A DNA stretch of 63,842 nt, filler included, from Octopus bimaculoides (taxonomy: Eukaryota): assembly GCF_001194135.2 (NCBI RefSeq). It is 5 parts of 5 records of this genome, joined end to end, with 100 filler letters (N's around TTAATTAATTAA, not from the genome) between each part and the next. Parts side by side here need not be neighbours in the genome. Positions count along the whole stretch, not along the records: positions 1 to 16,535 come from NW_026307055.1; positions 16,636 to 24,023 come from NC_068998.1; positions 24,124 to 41,268 come from NC_069005.1; 2 more parts are not named here. One strand, 5' to 3'. Shown in pieces: positions 12,466 through 24,868 of this stretch. The translations under genes were made by a program, and so were the position numbers. The notes under the pieces are model-generated. The model ran no database searches, was not told the origin of the DNA, and was given only the letters and a program-made list of their open reading frames with translations. Each line of letters starts with the position of its first letter. The stretch's first letter is position 1.

Positions 12466-12714
12466 TACATTATTTACACTGGACGGATATGTGTCCTCAT
12501 CTTGCTTGTTGTAACCACAACGTTTCGCCAGTGCCTAGAATAAATAATAATAATAATAATAACACCAGTAAAAAATACCTTAAGAATGAGAACCCAGGGT
12601 GGGGTTCAAAATTCTTCCAGGACACCTGATGAAGGCTGGAAAGTAAATCAGCCGAAACATTATGGTGATAACCAACAAGATGAGGACACATATCCGACGA
12701 ATGTAAATAATGTA
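12466..12714. mobile_element. Inverted pair of probable Penelope-like termini with a hammerhead-like core
   Basis: Arms 12466-12527 and 12653-12714 are imperfect reverse complements. GACAC-CTGATGA-A-GGCTG...CAGCC-GAAAC lies at 12621-12658. Confidence 0.6.
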
Positions 12715-12799
12715 AATAATGTACAGAAGTCCCCAACTCTAAAATATAGAACAGTAATGCTAATACTAGTAACGATCGTTTCTACGAAAGCACAAGTTC

Positions 12800-13417
12800 T
12801 GATATTTTGGGTGGGGGAGACTTAGTCGATTTACTGACCCCAAAAAGATGAAAAGCAAGGTTGATCTTGACAGAATTTGAACTCAGAACGTAAAAACAGA
12901 TGGAATGCCGCTAAACATTTTGCCCGGCATGTTAATGATTCTGCCAGCTCGTCGCCTTAAAAATAACAATAATGATCCCTTCAACTAAAGGCACAAGGCC
13001 CCAAATTTTGTGGGGAGGGGCTAGTCAATTATACTGACCACAATACGTAACTGATACTTATTTCATGGATCCAGAAAGGATGAAAGGCAAAGTTGACCAC
13101 GACGGAATTTGAATTCAGAACGTAAAGCCGGACGAAATGCCACTAGGTATTTCGTCCGGCGTGCTAACAATTCTATCAGCTCACCGCTCTACTAATAATA
13201 GTCCTTTCTACTATAGGCACAAGGCCTGAAATATTGGAGGAAGGGAGTAGTCGATTACATCGACCCCAGTGTTTCGCTGGTACGTAATTTATCGACTCCC
13301 AAAAGATTGAAAGACAAAGTCCCCCTCGGCGGAATTCGAACTCAGAACGAAGCGACGGGTGAAATACGGCTAAGCATTTCGTCCAGCGTGCTAACGATTC
13401 TGCCATTTCGCCGCATT
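12800..13417 (-). mobile_element. Three tandem family A SINEs
   Basis: Three successive reverse-complement copies of the family A body (GAATTTGAACTCAGAACG...CAGCTCG). Confidence 0.85.
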
Positions 13418-14092
13418 AATAATAAGAATTTTTAATAATCGCTTCTGATTCATAAATACAAAAAAATAGCAGATAAAAATATGCAATAATCGAAAGAAAA
13501 TATTTAAGAAAAACAGTTAAAAATCCTAATTCGTACTTAAAGGGATTGAAAAACAAAACAAAAAATCTTTCTAAGACAAACCAACAACAAATTGATATTC
13601 AGAAGTTAGAATTGAACCTGTTTACTCACCTTTCGTTGGCATATTGTCTATCGTTGTATCGTTCGCCAGTTTGGTAAATTTAATTTTCCCTTGGTTTAAA
13701 CTGTGTTTTTTGTATATTATTATGTGTTATATTCCTTTGGGGTTTTTTTCCGTCCTTGCATTAACAACAAAGACGCGAGATTAAAACTTAACTTCGACTT
13801 GTCTTTTTTTTCTTCTTTTAGAATATTATAATCTCGCTTTAACAGGGTTAAGGTAATAATACAACCATTGCTTCGATGTTCCTCTGTTTCATTTTCAGCC
13901 TGTTTCGCATTTATAATTTTTAAAGAAAATTAACGTGGTTTTCCACAGTAAAGAAGATAATGTTTTTCGTGTGTGTTTTCCGTGATGTTGTCTTTTTTTT
14001 AGTTAAAAGACTTACTAATTAAATATTAATTAATATTAAAATTAATTAAAATATTTAATTAATACATATATATTTTTTTACACTTATTTCAG

Positions 14093-14130
<38 letters not shown>

Positions 14131-14475
14131 CTCTTTTGTAGAGACGAAAGGGGAACCAAAAATATGAAAAAGAAATTCCTTCTTTTTTTTTTTTTTGAAG
14201 AAATTAATTGAAAGAGAATGCGAAGAAAATTACTATTCTTTAAAAGAAAACAAATCAAACTCCTTCACAATATTTCTTTACGTNNNNNNNNNNNNNNNNN
14301 NNNNNNNNNNNNNNNNNNNNNNNNNNNNNNNNNNNNNNNNNNNNNNNNNNNNNNNNNNNNNNNNNNNNNNNNNNNNNNNNNNNNNNNNNNNNNNNNNNNN
14401 NNNNNNNNNNNNNNNNNNNNNNNNNNNNNNNNNNNNNNNNNNNNNNNNNNNNNNNNNNNNNNTATATATATATAC

Positions 14476-14524
<49 letters not shown>

Positions 14525-15125
14525 GTTTATATTTCCAGATTTAGTAAGTTTTCAATGCTTATTAATATTGTCGTAATTATTACCATTTATTATTATTATT
14601 ATATTATTATTTATTGTTATTATTAATATTTATTATTATTTATTATTATTGTTATTATTCACATTATTCACCTGATAATAATAATAATAATAATATATGT
14701 ATATATATAAAAACTATGTTTTTTCCCCTTTGTAATTTTACCGCCAATTACACTTTAACTGGTTGTTTTATAAATTTCTAAAGGCAGTTGTTGTTGACGC
14801 TAATATTGTTGCTGTTGTTGTTGTTGTAGGAAACGTGTTATATTTTTCTTTTATCTAGTTTTTTGTTTGTTTTTGTTTTTTTCCTTTTCCCTCTACATGT
14901 GTCTGCTGTTCCACACGTTGTTATCACCGTGGTTTACAACGTCTACAGCTGTTGTCGCCGTTTTTTTGCGTACAAGCGTACGTGAATTATACATACATAT
15001 ACATACATACATAAATGCGTTTATATATATGTATATATAGGAAATTTTAACTACATCTGCTACATAGCATCACAAGATTTTCCATATCGAGAAAATTCTA
15101 ACACTTTTCCTGCCTCTCATTTCAG

Positions 15126-15241
15126 ATGAACATATTAAGCGAATTGTTTCGACGCACTCTCATTTTCCTATTGGTATAATATTAACTAGTACAGTGATTA
15201 ATATTTTAATAATATTATTATTATTATTATTAATATTATTG
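15126..15241 (+). other. Candidate exon encoding a hydrophobic helix
   Basis: Acceptor TTTTCCTGCCTCTCATTTCAG-like tract and TTG|GTGAGT donor; one open frame EHIKRIVSTHSHFPIGIILTSTVINILIILLLLLLILL. Confidence 0.35.
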
Positions 15242-15543
15242 GTGAGTTTTTAATAGACACACATTTTATATGTATGTATATGAAAATATATATCTAAATA
15301 TATATGTAGTTATATATGTGTGTGTATGTTTTTATGTGTTTGTATACACAATTCTAGAAAATGTATATGTATGTGTGTATATAAATTTAGTCAGCACTAA
15401 ATATTTTGTTTCTGTGCATGCTTAACATATATATGTATATATTTATACAGTTATGTATTTAGCATATATGTATGTATGTATGTTTGTGTGTACACTTATA
15501 TAAATTTAATCAGTTGTGTACATTCTTTAGGTACAACATGTGT

Positions 15544-15616
<73 letters not shown>

Positions 15617-15691
15617 ACCCACGTTTATGGCGGGTTGTAAAGTATATATTGAAGAAAAACCAAGGGAAGAAATTCAAAAATAATAATAATG

Positions 15692-15725
<34 letters not shown>

Positions 15726-16312
15726 TAATAATAATAATGATAATAATAATAATTTTTTCTTAAAATATTATTATCAACAAGAATGTAATTTTCGCATTCA
15801 ATTTCCTTTTTAGTCTTTCGTTATTCTTTTTCGTTTTTGTTTTTTTACGAATTCTTAGCTTGTCTCCTACTTTTTGACAAGTTAACACACGGGTAGCTGG
15901 GCGATTGGTAGATAGATAGTCGACTGATAGATCGATGAAAGAGAAACATATTGATCGCTAATAATACTACATGGTCGGGACGTCCACATAAATATTCCAG
16001 TTTGGAACTGGTTAGCATGTGCTGCACAGGTTAATCACCGGTGGAGTAGATGTAAAAAAAATCCAGATGAAGTTGGTGGCCATTTTAAACAGGTGTACCT
16101 ACGGTACCATCGTACCATTCGCGGTGGGCTCCATAATTGTTTGGGACTTCGAGTGAACGTTCTTTGAGGGGATTTTTTGTTTTCTTTTAGGCAAACTTTT
16201 GTTCTTTCTTCTTCTTCTTCTTAGTTACTTCTGTTCAATTCTGTTTAGTTCAACCTGTTAAGAGAGAATGATGTAAAAATTATATAGATATATGTGCGTG
16301 TGTGCGATTGTG

Positions 16313-16398
<86 letters not shown>

Positions 16399-16474
16399 TA
16401 TATGAATATATGAGTGTGTGTGTGTTTGTGAGTGTATATATATGAGTGTATGGGTGAGTGTATATGGGTGTATG

Positions 16475-16535
<61 letters not shown>

Positions 16536-16635
16536 NNNNNNNNNNNNNNNNNNNNNNNNNNNNNNNNNNNNNNNNNNNNTTAATTAATTAANNNNNNNNN
16601 NNNNNNNNNNNNNNNNNNNNNNNNNNNNNNNNNNN
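16536..16635. other. Assembly spacer
   Basis: Exactly 44 N + TTAATTAATTAA + 44 N. Confidence 0.95.
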
Positions 16636-17718
16636 CTCTTCCTATCGAGAGTCCCAGATGAACCTACCTCGTGGCAGGAGGTGCAAATGAGAGTTGCTAA
16701 ATCAAACTCCATTCTTCACCAAGTGCCACATATTGTAAGAGGCTCCCTGTAATAACAGTGCATCAGCATGGCCGCAGCTCTGAGCTGAAACTTTGAAAAG
16801 AAAAAAATTTAAAAAAAAAAATATATATATATATATTAGTGGGGAGGGGGTTCTAAATTCCCTTGTTTCTATCTATTGCCTTCCTAACTCCTCTACCCTT
16901 CAATCCACTTGTCCATCATCCTTCCTTATATCAATACCAACAACTTCACTTTGATCTCATCTATTTTTTGCACCAACACTGCTGGGACACACTGAGCCAT
17001 TTGTTTTTCTTAACTGTTTGCACCATTCAGTCACCAAGGCACACATCATTCATACTACAAAATGCAAGACACTTTGAATAACGTAACTGTGCATAAGCAA
17101 TATTTCCTTAAGAAGAAAAGCTTGGTCATAGTAGAAATCCATTTGATCTTTTGTAAGGTCTGACCTGGATCTAAATATCAACTGCTACAACAAAAGAATA
17201 TCCTGCTTCTTGCAGTAAAGGTAAATAATACTGCTACAAATAAAGTGACCCTTTACTAGCAACTGAAAGATGCTTATCCATTGAGACAATGCCTGCAACC
17301 TGACACATAAAGATCTAAAGATAATTCCATGAAGTTGACACACTGCTTGTTGACTCACCTTCAAAGCTAAGAGGATCATTCTAACCCACCACTTGATAAT
17401 ATAGAAGTCTTAACAAGTAAACTATCCTGGAATGACCTGTACTGCCCACATCTACACATCAATTTACAGATATTGCCTAGTTATGAGGAACCTGCATTGC
17501 CACTCTTCCATTCATTAATTTAGAAAAATATATAAAACTAGTGAACCAAGTTCATCTGATGCATGCTATAAAATATCTCCTTGGCTTACTTGAGCACCAT
17601 ATCAATTTTTATACAAGAAATACTGTTATTGAATTAAAGCTTTTGTAACCCTATTTGAGACATGAGGATATAGACTGTTTTTTCAATTAAGCAAATATAT
17701 CTATTAGTATATTAGGCT

Positions 17719-18056
17719 GGTGAAGGTGCATGGTTCAGTGGTTAGAACATCGAGCTTACAATCATGAGGTTGTGAGTTTGATTCCTGGACCGGGCTGCAT
17801 GTTGTGTCCTTGAGCAAGACACTTTATTTCACGTTGCTACAGTTCACTCAGCTGTAGAAATGAGTTGTGACGTCACTGGTGCCAAGCTGTATTGGCCTTT
17901 GCCTTTCTCTTGGATAACATCAGTGGTGTGGCGAGGGGAGGCTGGTATGCATAGGCGACTGCTGGCCTTCCATAAACAACCTTGCCCGGACTTGTGCCTC
18001 GGAGGGTAACTTTCTAGGTGCAATCCCATGGTCATTCATGACCAAAGGGTGTCTCC
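17719..18056 (+). mobile_element. tRNA-headed SINE, family C, with CORE-like central block
   Basis: tRNA-like head (TGGTTCAGTGGTTAGAAC...GTTTGATTCC) followed by GTGTCCTTGAGCAAGACACTT...CACTCAGCTGTAGAAATG; relatives near 38950, 39430 (minus) and 58215. Confidence 0.75.
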
Positions 18057-18637
18057 TCCATATTAGGCTGATGTTTGAAATATAACAAAATGAAATCTAC
18101 TGTTTATTTTTTATTTATCTTTCATTCTAATTTGGTTTTGGTACAGATTTGGCTCTATAGTTGAGAGACTCACTTTGCAGCCATACGGTTTTATGTGCTA
18201 TCCCACTGCACAGTATCTTGAACAAGTTTCTTCTACTATAGCTCAGGTCAACCAATGCCTTGTATTTGAATTTGGTTGGCAAAAACTGTGTGGAAACACA
18301 TCATATATATTACCTGAGGATTTGCAACTTACCAGTATTACTAGAATAATAATAATGATATGATATGTTATTTTATATACTAATGTTTCAGCAATGATCT
18401 GCCAGTAAAGTGGTGATGAAACAGTTTCAGTATTATACAATAAAGCGTGTTGCTCAGTCTAATTTCTCTTATTCATATTTTTTATATATTCTATGGATAT
18501 TCACAGATTTCCAAATCTATATTCAGTGATATGACCAAACACACTGTATAATAGCATCTGTTAGCCAATACTTATGGATGAGCTTTCTAAAGCATACTAC
18601 AAGGTTTTGTACCCAAATTGAACTTACATATATAAAA

Positions 18638-18782
18638 GGATCAAAACAGTTTGATTCAAATTTGTGTATAATCTTGAGTTTCAAGCATGATGCTAGTCGT
18701 CAGCCATTCAAAATGGCTGATGACTAGCATCATACTTGAAACTCAAGAGTACCAATTAATTTGAATCAAGCTGTTTTGATCC
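18638..18782. repeat. Long imperfect palindrome (fold-back/MITE-like)
   Basis: GGATCAAAACAGTTTGATTCAAAT...TCTTGAGTTTCAAGCATGATGCTAGTCGTCAGCCATT pairs with AATGGCTGATGACTAGCATCATACTTGAAACTCAAGA...ATTTGAATCAAGCTGTTTTGATCC. Confidence 0.9.
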
Positions 18783-18839
18783 ATACATGTTATTCCAAAT
18801 AAAGTCATTGAGTACCTTTCTTTTGTTTGTCCACTCACT

Positions 18840-18877
<38 letters not shown>

Positions 18878-21870
18878 ATGTGTGTGTGTGTGTGTGTGTG
18901 TGATTGTCTGCCCAACATCATTTGACAGCTGGTGTTGGTTTGGTTTCGAAATTTTGTTGTTTCACAAAAAAGAACAATAGAATAAATACCAGACTTTAAA
19001 AAAACATGCAGGAGCTGATTTGTTCAGCTAAACCCTTCAAACGATGTTCCAGCATTGCCACAGTCCAATGACTGAAGTACGATAAAAGAAAAGAAACAAA
19101 GTTGGAAAACAATGGAACAGTCCTGTCTAATTTATATAATAATGGAATCTCAGTCAAGACTTACCTTAAAATATCAACACTTTAGATAAGATGTTTATTT
19201 TGTCAGATTTATTTTACCAGTGTGAACACTGGTTTGAGCAGAAAAGGGTTAAACATTTGTTTGGGCACAAAAGGGTTAAATCCATATATTAATTTTATTT
19301 ATTTTACTCTTCCCAGAGGATCGAAAAGAAAGTTAAATGTGTCTGTATTTGGACTGAGAAGGTGGAGTGTTTATTTAATGCAGCTCCACTCTTTCTGTTC
19401 TCAACTCAATGCTTTCACATTAAAAGTCTAAATTATTTTATCTTGGTACAAGGTTACAAATATCTATGAGAGAAGCACAGTATATAATTGGCTTAACTCT
19501 ACTAATATACCTAAAAGTATTTTATTGACTTTGGTAACATATATAGCAATGTTCCCTCAGATAGAATTTGAACTCAGAAAGTGAAGAGGCAAAGCTGAAA
19601 AAATGAAAGGTATTTTTTCAAAATCCTGTTTTGCACTCTGTTTCTGCCACTTCACTGCCTTTTTTCAAACAAAAATAAAACAAAAATAAAACATTTAAAA
19701 AGGAAAGTCTTATAAATTTTCTTGATAAATCAGCCTCTGCATAAGTAGCTTCTGCATAATGGTTGGCAAGAATTATGCCATAATTAGGTCTTTTGTCTCT
19801 TTCTTTCCTACGAGAATAGCAATTCTTTCAAGTTAATGAAAATGGAATTACCATTTTGCTTTCATATGAATTTTCCAATTGGGAAATATTTCTTTTTATT
19901 AATGTTTATTCATTGATTGTAAAATTATGCAAGTTGGAGGCAGAGTAAAGGATGAAGGAAGGTTTATTTCACTTAGTAGCCATCATTTTCTTGGCAAATT
20001 GTTTAAGTAAGAAATGGTTGTGTACTGAAGTTTAATTTAGAACTAGACTTGATTACTTTACTTTGTTTAGCTTAAAGCATTGTCACATTTATCATTATAA
20101 CAACAGTAAATGCTCTGCGTGTGTGTGTGTGTGTATGTGTTTGCCACAAACAAATTAGGTTTTCTACATTGGGTAGAGTTCCAAGTAAGTGAGACAGATA
20201 AGTGCAAATCTAAAGTCTCTTGTTTAAGTGAAAATCTCTCAGTGAATAATGATCTCTCCACAGCCTTATAATAGCCACAATAGGGCATTGACCAAGCAGC
20301 CAAATAAGGAAAAGATTGTATCTGTATGATAGGAGCAGAATAGCTAAATGGATAGGGTATAAGATTTTCTATGGAAATGTCTACTATGGCATTTATTCAA
20401 AGGTGGCTTGGTTAGCTTGAATGTTTAGTATAGGCAACAATTTGCATAAGATTGCAATTAATGACAATCTATTAAGTATACAATTTTTCTCATTTGTTTA
20501 ATATTGTGAAAGTGAAGATAAGTGTTAACGCTTTAAAATCTTTCATGGCTTTGGAGATGTTACGTGACCAGCAATGCACTGTTCCTACATACTTAAAAGC
20601 TTTAAATACTTAAAGGCCCAGCCAAGCTGGAGTTACAGGTAGCTACCACAGAATCATGGCTCACCATACAGAAATATCATTTTAGAAGTAGACTGTATAT
20701 TAGAAAACAACACATTCAGGCTGACATACTGGTTCTTTTACAATAAAACGCTGAATGATGAACCAGTAAAGGGCATCGGTATGGTTGCTCAGCCTGCTCA
20801 TAATAGCAGCTAAATAATCAATCCCCTCCCATCTCGAAAAAGTGACACAAGAATGTACATGAAGGTACACAGTGCCTCTAAAGACAGAATAATCATGAAT
20901 TATAGTGATACAGGTGTGTAAGTGATATAGGTGTGTAAATATATGTGCATGTGTCTGTGTATAATCATGTGTAGCTAAAGTCAAGTGTGGACAATGATGT
21001 GCTAATGTCACTCATTGAGGCAGAAGCATGATTTCACATCTATATATAATGGATATATGTATATATAGTTGAGGGGGAAACAAATAAAATCCAGGCAATC
21101 CTTCATCAGCACTTCATAATGTTTGAATAACTGAAGGAGACACTTTGTTATATTCAGTCAGTTATACAAGGAGCACTTCACCATCCAAAGTATGTATGTA
21201 TGTATGCATATAAATGTGTGTGTGTGTGTGTGTGCATGGTATGTACACACATACATATATGGGTTAACAAGGCCATCAATGGTCTCATGTAAAGAGAAAT
21301 CTCTTTATGAATTTCACTCCTAGTAGTCATCTCCATTTTATATATATAGTTTGATTAGTTTACATTCATTTTCCCATTGAGACATTGTTTTACCAATACA
21401 TACCCTTCTTGTTGCCAATCCTCATCTGTTTTTCTAGTAAAGGATCTTTTATTCTATACATCATCAAAGGAGCATAGCCAGTAGATGATTTGTTAGCAAG
21501 GGAAATAACAACACTACTGCATATGACTCAGTGCTTTTTGGAGAAACACAAATATAAGCAAACACTCAGTTACATATATCCACATGCACATCACCACACA
21601 ATCATTCATAGTAATCTCTATTATGTAAGTGTGTTTACATGCACTTTTGAACCTTTCCCATTCTATAATTCCCATGACATTTCTTTAAATACATTGTTAT
21701 TGAAGTATGTAGTGTTAACAGAGCACTGAAAATAGCAAAACAATGAAAACTCATTTAGAAAAAAAAAAGATAAATATAAAAAAAAAAATTAAATAGATAA
21801 AAAATTATGTAAATTAAGTAGAAAATTATAAACTAATGCATATAATCTCTCTCTCGCTCTCTCTCTCTCT

Positions 21871-21916
<46 letters not shown>

Positions 21917-21942
21917 ATGTGTTTGTTAAAGTCTGTCATACC

Positions 21943-21982
21943 GGCCATGACGAAGGGAAATAGCCCTGAAACTCGAGTCGCC
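21943..21982 (+). ncRNA. Minimal type-I hammerhead-like motif
   Basis: GGC-C(A)UGACGA-AGGG-AAAUAG-CCCU-GAAAC-UCGA-GUC-GCC; palindromic stem III (ACUCGAGU); one extra A in the core. Confidence 0.55.
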
Positions 21983-22795
21983 TTTATATATATATATTTA
22001 TATTTATATATTTATATATATTTGATCCTTTATATTGAACACTCAATATTTCATCTACATTCAATACTTTCTTTCATGGTGCCATCCATTTTTTATTTTA
22101 TTTTATTTTATATTGTATATTGTATATTATATTATATATTGTATATTCCATATTCTATACCCCACATTAGTTCTGCAGGAATATAAATAAAACATAAAAA
22201 NNNNNNNNNNNNNNNNNNNNNNNNNNNNNNNNNNNNNNNNNNNNNNNNNNNNNNNNNNNNNNNNNNNNNNNNNNNNNNNNNNNNNNNNNNNNNNNNNNNN
22301 NNNNNNNNNNNNNNNNNNNNNNNNNNNNNNNNNNNNNNNNNNNNNNNNNNNNNNNNNNNNNNNNNNNNNNNNNNNNNNNNNNNNNNNNNNNNNNNNNNNN
22401 NNNNNNNNNNNNNNNNNNNNNNNNNNNNNNNNNNNNNNNNNNNNNNNNNNNNNNNNNNNNNNNNNNNNNNNNNNNNNNNNNNNNNNNNNNNNNNNNNNNN
22501 NNNNNNNNNNNNNNNNNNNNNNNNNNNNNNNNNNNNNNNNNNNNNNNNNNNNNNNNNNNNNNNNNNNNNNNNNNNNNNNNNNNNNNNNNNNNNNNNNNNN
22601 NNNNNNNNNNNNNNNNNNNNNNNNNNNNNNNNNNNNNNNNNNNNNNNNNNNNNNNNNNNNNNNNNNNNNNNNNNNNNNNNNNNNNNNNNNNNNNNNNNNN
22701 NNNNNNNNNNNNNNNNNNNNNNNNNNNNNNNNNNNNNNNNNNNNNNNNNNNNNNNNNNNNNNNNNNNNNNNNNNNNNNNNNNNNNNNNNNNNNNN

Positions 22796-22840
<45 letters not shown>

Positions 22841-22974
22841 TTACATAAAGGAGACAAAAAGTATATGTATGCCGCTATATGTATATATTAAAAAAAAATG
22901 GAATAAGAATGTAACAGGTGGCAACAACATATCTAGACAGTTAAACGATACAAAAAAGGGCAGGAAAAAACAAG

Positions 22975-23460
22975 TACAGGTCATTCGGAGCTTCCTATCT
23001 TCAGTCGAGTTCCAGATCATCATTGCAGTTTCAGCCGGTTACACTTGAGACTGCTCCAATCTGGCCGGCCCCAAGAACACCTAAGCTAAGAGCACTAGAC
23101 TCTTTGGATGAAAGCAAGCAAATGTATACAAAAACAAGGACGAAAATATGGAGAAATGGTACACAATTACAAATACAAAAAACAGGACATTAACAACAGG
23201 TGTCTTTCGACTAAGGACAAATTAAATTAAGCTGGCATGTGTGGAAGTGAAGCCTTATGACAGGAACAATAGAAATGAAAGTCATGGAAAGGAATACAAG
23301 AGGTGCTACACGGATGGTAGTCAAACCAACAAAGAAAGGTCAGGCTTGGTGGAACACCAGTCGCATGGAAGGAGAGGAAAGAGTTAGGGTGTAGAGGGAT
23401 AGAAAAATTAGGGAGGGACGAGAAAGAGAGAAAAAGAATGGAAAGGGACAGAGTGAAGTA
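22975..23460. repeat. Dispersed repeat, copy 1 (unclassified)
   Basis: Aligns by eye with 24125-24610, e.g. CTAAGCTAAGAGCACTAGA and GGACATTAACAACAGGTGTCTTTCGACTAAGGAC. Confidence 0.8.
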
Positions 23461-23466
23461 AATGAG

Positions 23467-23502
<36 letters not shown>

Positions 23503-23504
23503 TA

Positions 23505-23632
23505 CTGGTGAAAGCCTGTTACCCTGGGTTTGAGGCCATCAGCCAACAAGTCTTAGGGTCTAATGATATGCCATTAAGATACTCTTTATGGTGAGAAACC
23601 CAGGGTAACCCTATAAACAGGGCTTCACTAGG
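23505..23632. repeat. Imperfect inverted repeat
   Basis: GGTGAAAGCCTGTT-ACCCTGGGTTT pairs with AAACCCAGGGTAA...AACAGGGCTTCACT. Confidence 0.65.
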
Positions 23633-23699
23633 AATAAATATAGACTCCTCTAGTTCTCAGAGTGTGCTTCTCCATTATTATGCTTTTCTACAAAAACCG

Positions 23700-23737
<38 letters not shown>

Positions 23738-23809
23738 CACACATACATACATATACAAGTACATATATATACACATATATATACACGTATATATATATAT
23801 ATATATATA

Positions 23810-24023
23810 TGAGGTGGTGAGGCAAGACCTTCGAACATTGGGCCTCACCGAGGCGATGCCTACTGACCGAGACTGTTGGAAATGTGCTGTGCGTGAGAAA
23901 ACCCGGCAAGCCAAGTGAGATCGTTGCCAGGGCCCCTGGACTGGCTCTTGTGTGGGTGGCACATAAGATGTACCATCCTGAGCGTGACCGTTGCCAGTAC
24001 CGCCTGACTGGCCTGGTAGGGTT
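23810..24023 (+). mobile_element. RTE-clade LINE 3' end
   Basis: Translates [35 protein letters not shown], an RTE-type C-terminus (DRxxW). Its downstream UTR is shared with the repeat at ~51300-51700 (minus). Confidence 0.7.
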
Positions 24024-24123
24024 NNNNNNNNNNNNNNNNNNNNNNNNNNNNNNNNNNNNNNNNNNNNTTAATTAATTAANNNNNNNNNNNNNNNNNNNNN
24101 NNNNNNNNNNNNNNNNNNNNNNN
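24024..24123. other. Assembly spacer
   Basis: 44 N + TTAATTAATTAA + 44 N. Confidence 0.95.
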
Positions 24124-24124
24124 G

Positions 24125-24610
24125 ACAAGAAAAAACATGGAGAGGTCATTCGAAGTTTTTTTCCTCAGTCTTTGCAATTTCGGCTGGTTATATTCGAGAT
24201 TGCACTAATCTAGCCAGCCCCAAGGAAAAACTAAGCTAAGAGCACTAGATTCCTTGGAAGAAAGCAGCGAATGTATACGAAAACAGGGACGGAAAAAAAC
24301 GGAGAAATGTTACACAAATACGAATGCAAACAACAGGACATTAACAACAGGTGTCTTTCGACTAAGGACGAATTAAATTAAGCTTGCGTGTGTGGAAGTG
24401 AAGCCTTATGGCAGGGACATAAGAGATGACAGGCATGGGAAGGAATATATATGTTGCATGGATGGTAGTCGAAGCAAGAAAGAAAGGTCAGGCTTGGACG
24501 AGCACCGGTCACGTGGACAGAGAGGAGAGAGGTAGAGGCAGAGGGACAGACGAATTAGGGAGGGATGAGAAAAAGGGACAGAGTGAAGTGAAAGAGGAGG
24601 GAAGGTGAGA
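24125..24610. repeat. Dispersed repeat, copy 2 (unclassified)
   Basis: Homologous to 22975-23460. Confidence 0.8.
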
Positions 24611-24812
24611 ATGAGGAGAAAGCCAGGAAATGTGAGAGAGAGGGAATGAAAGAAAGAAGAGTGGAAAGAACGAAGTGTGAAGGGGCTATATATATGGCCT
24701 TATGAATGAGAAAGTCAATACAGGTGTTTATTAAAAAGTGTATTCCAAAAGGTATTTAGATGTATTAGTAGATATATACGTAAATATGCACGTACGCACG
24801 CAGTTTATCCAC

Positions 24813-24868
<56 letters not shown>

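Noticed and set aside
16580-16591. TTAATTAATTAA recurring four times as a possible regulatory or PacI-type motif
   Set aside because: Always centred in exactly 44+44 N, so it is an assembly spacer.
17719-17795. tRNA-like sequence (also the heads of family A and B repeats)
   Set aside because: No complete acceptor stem and it continues into a SINE body, so it is not a tRNA gene.
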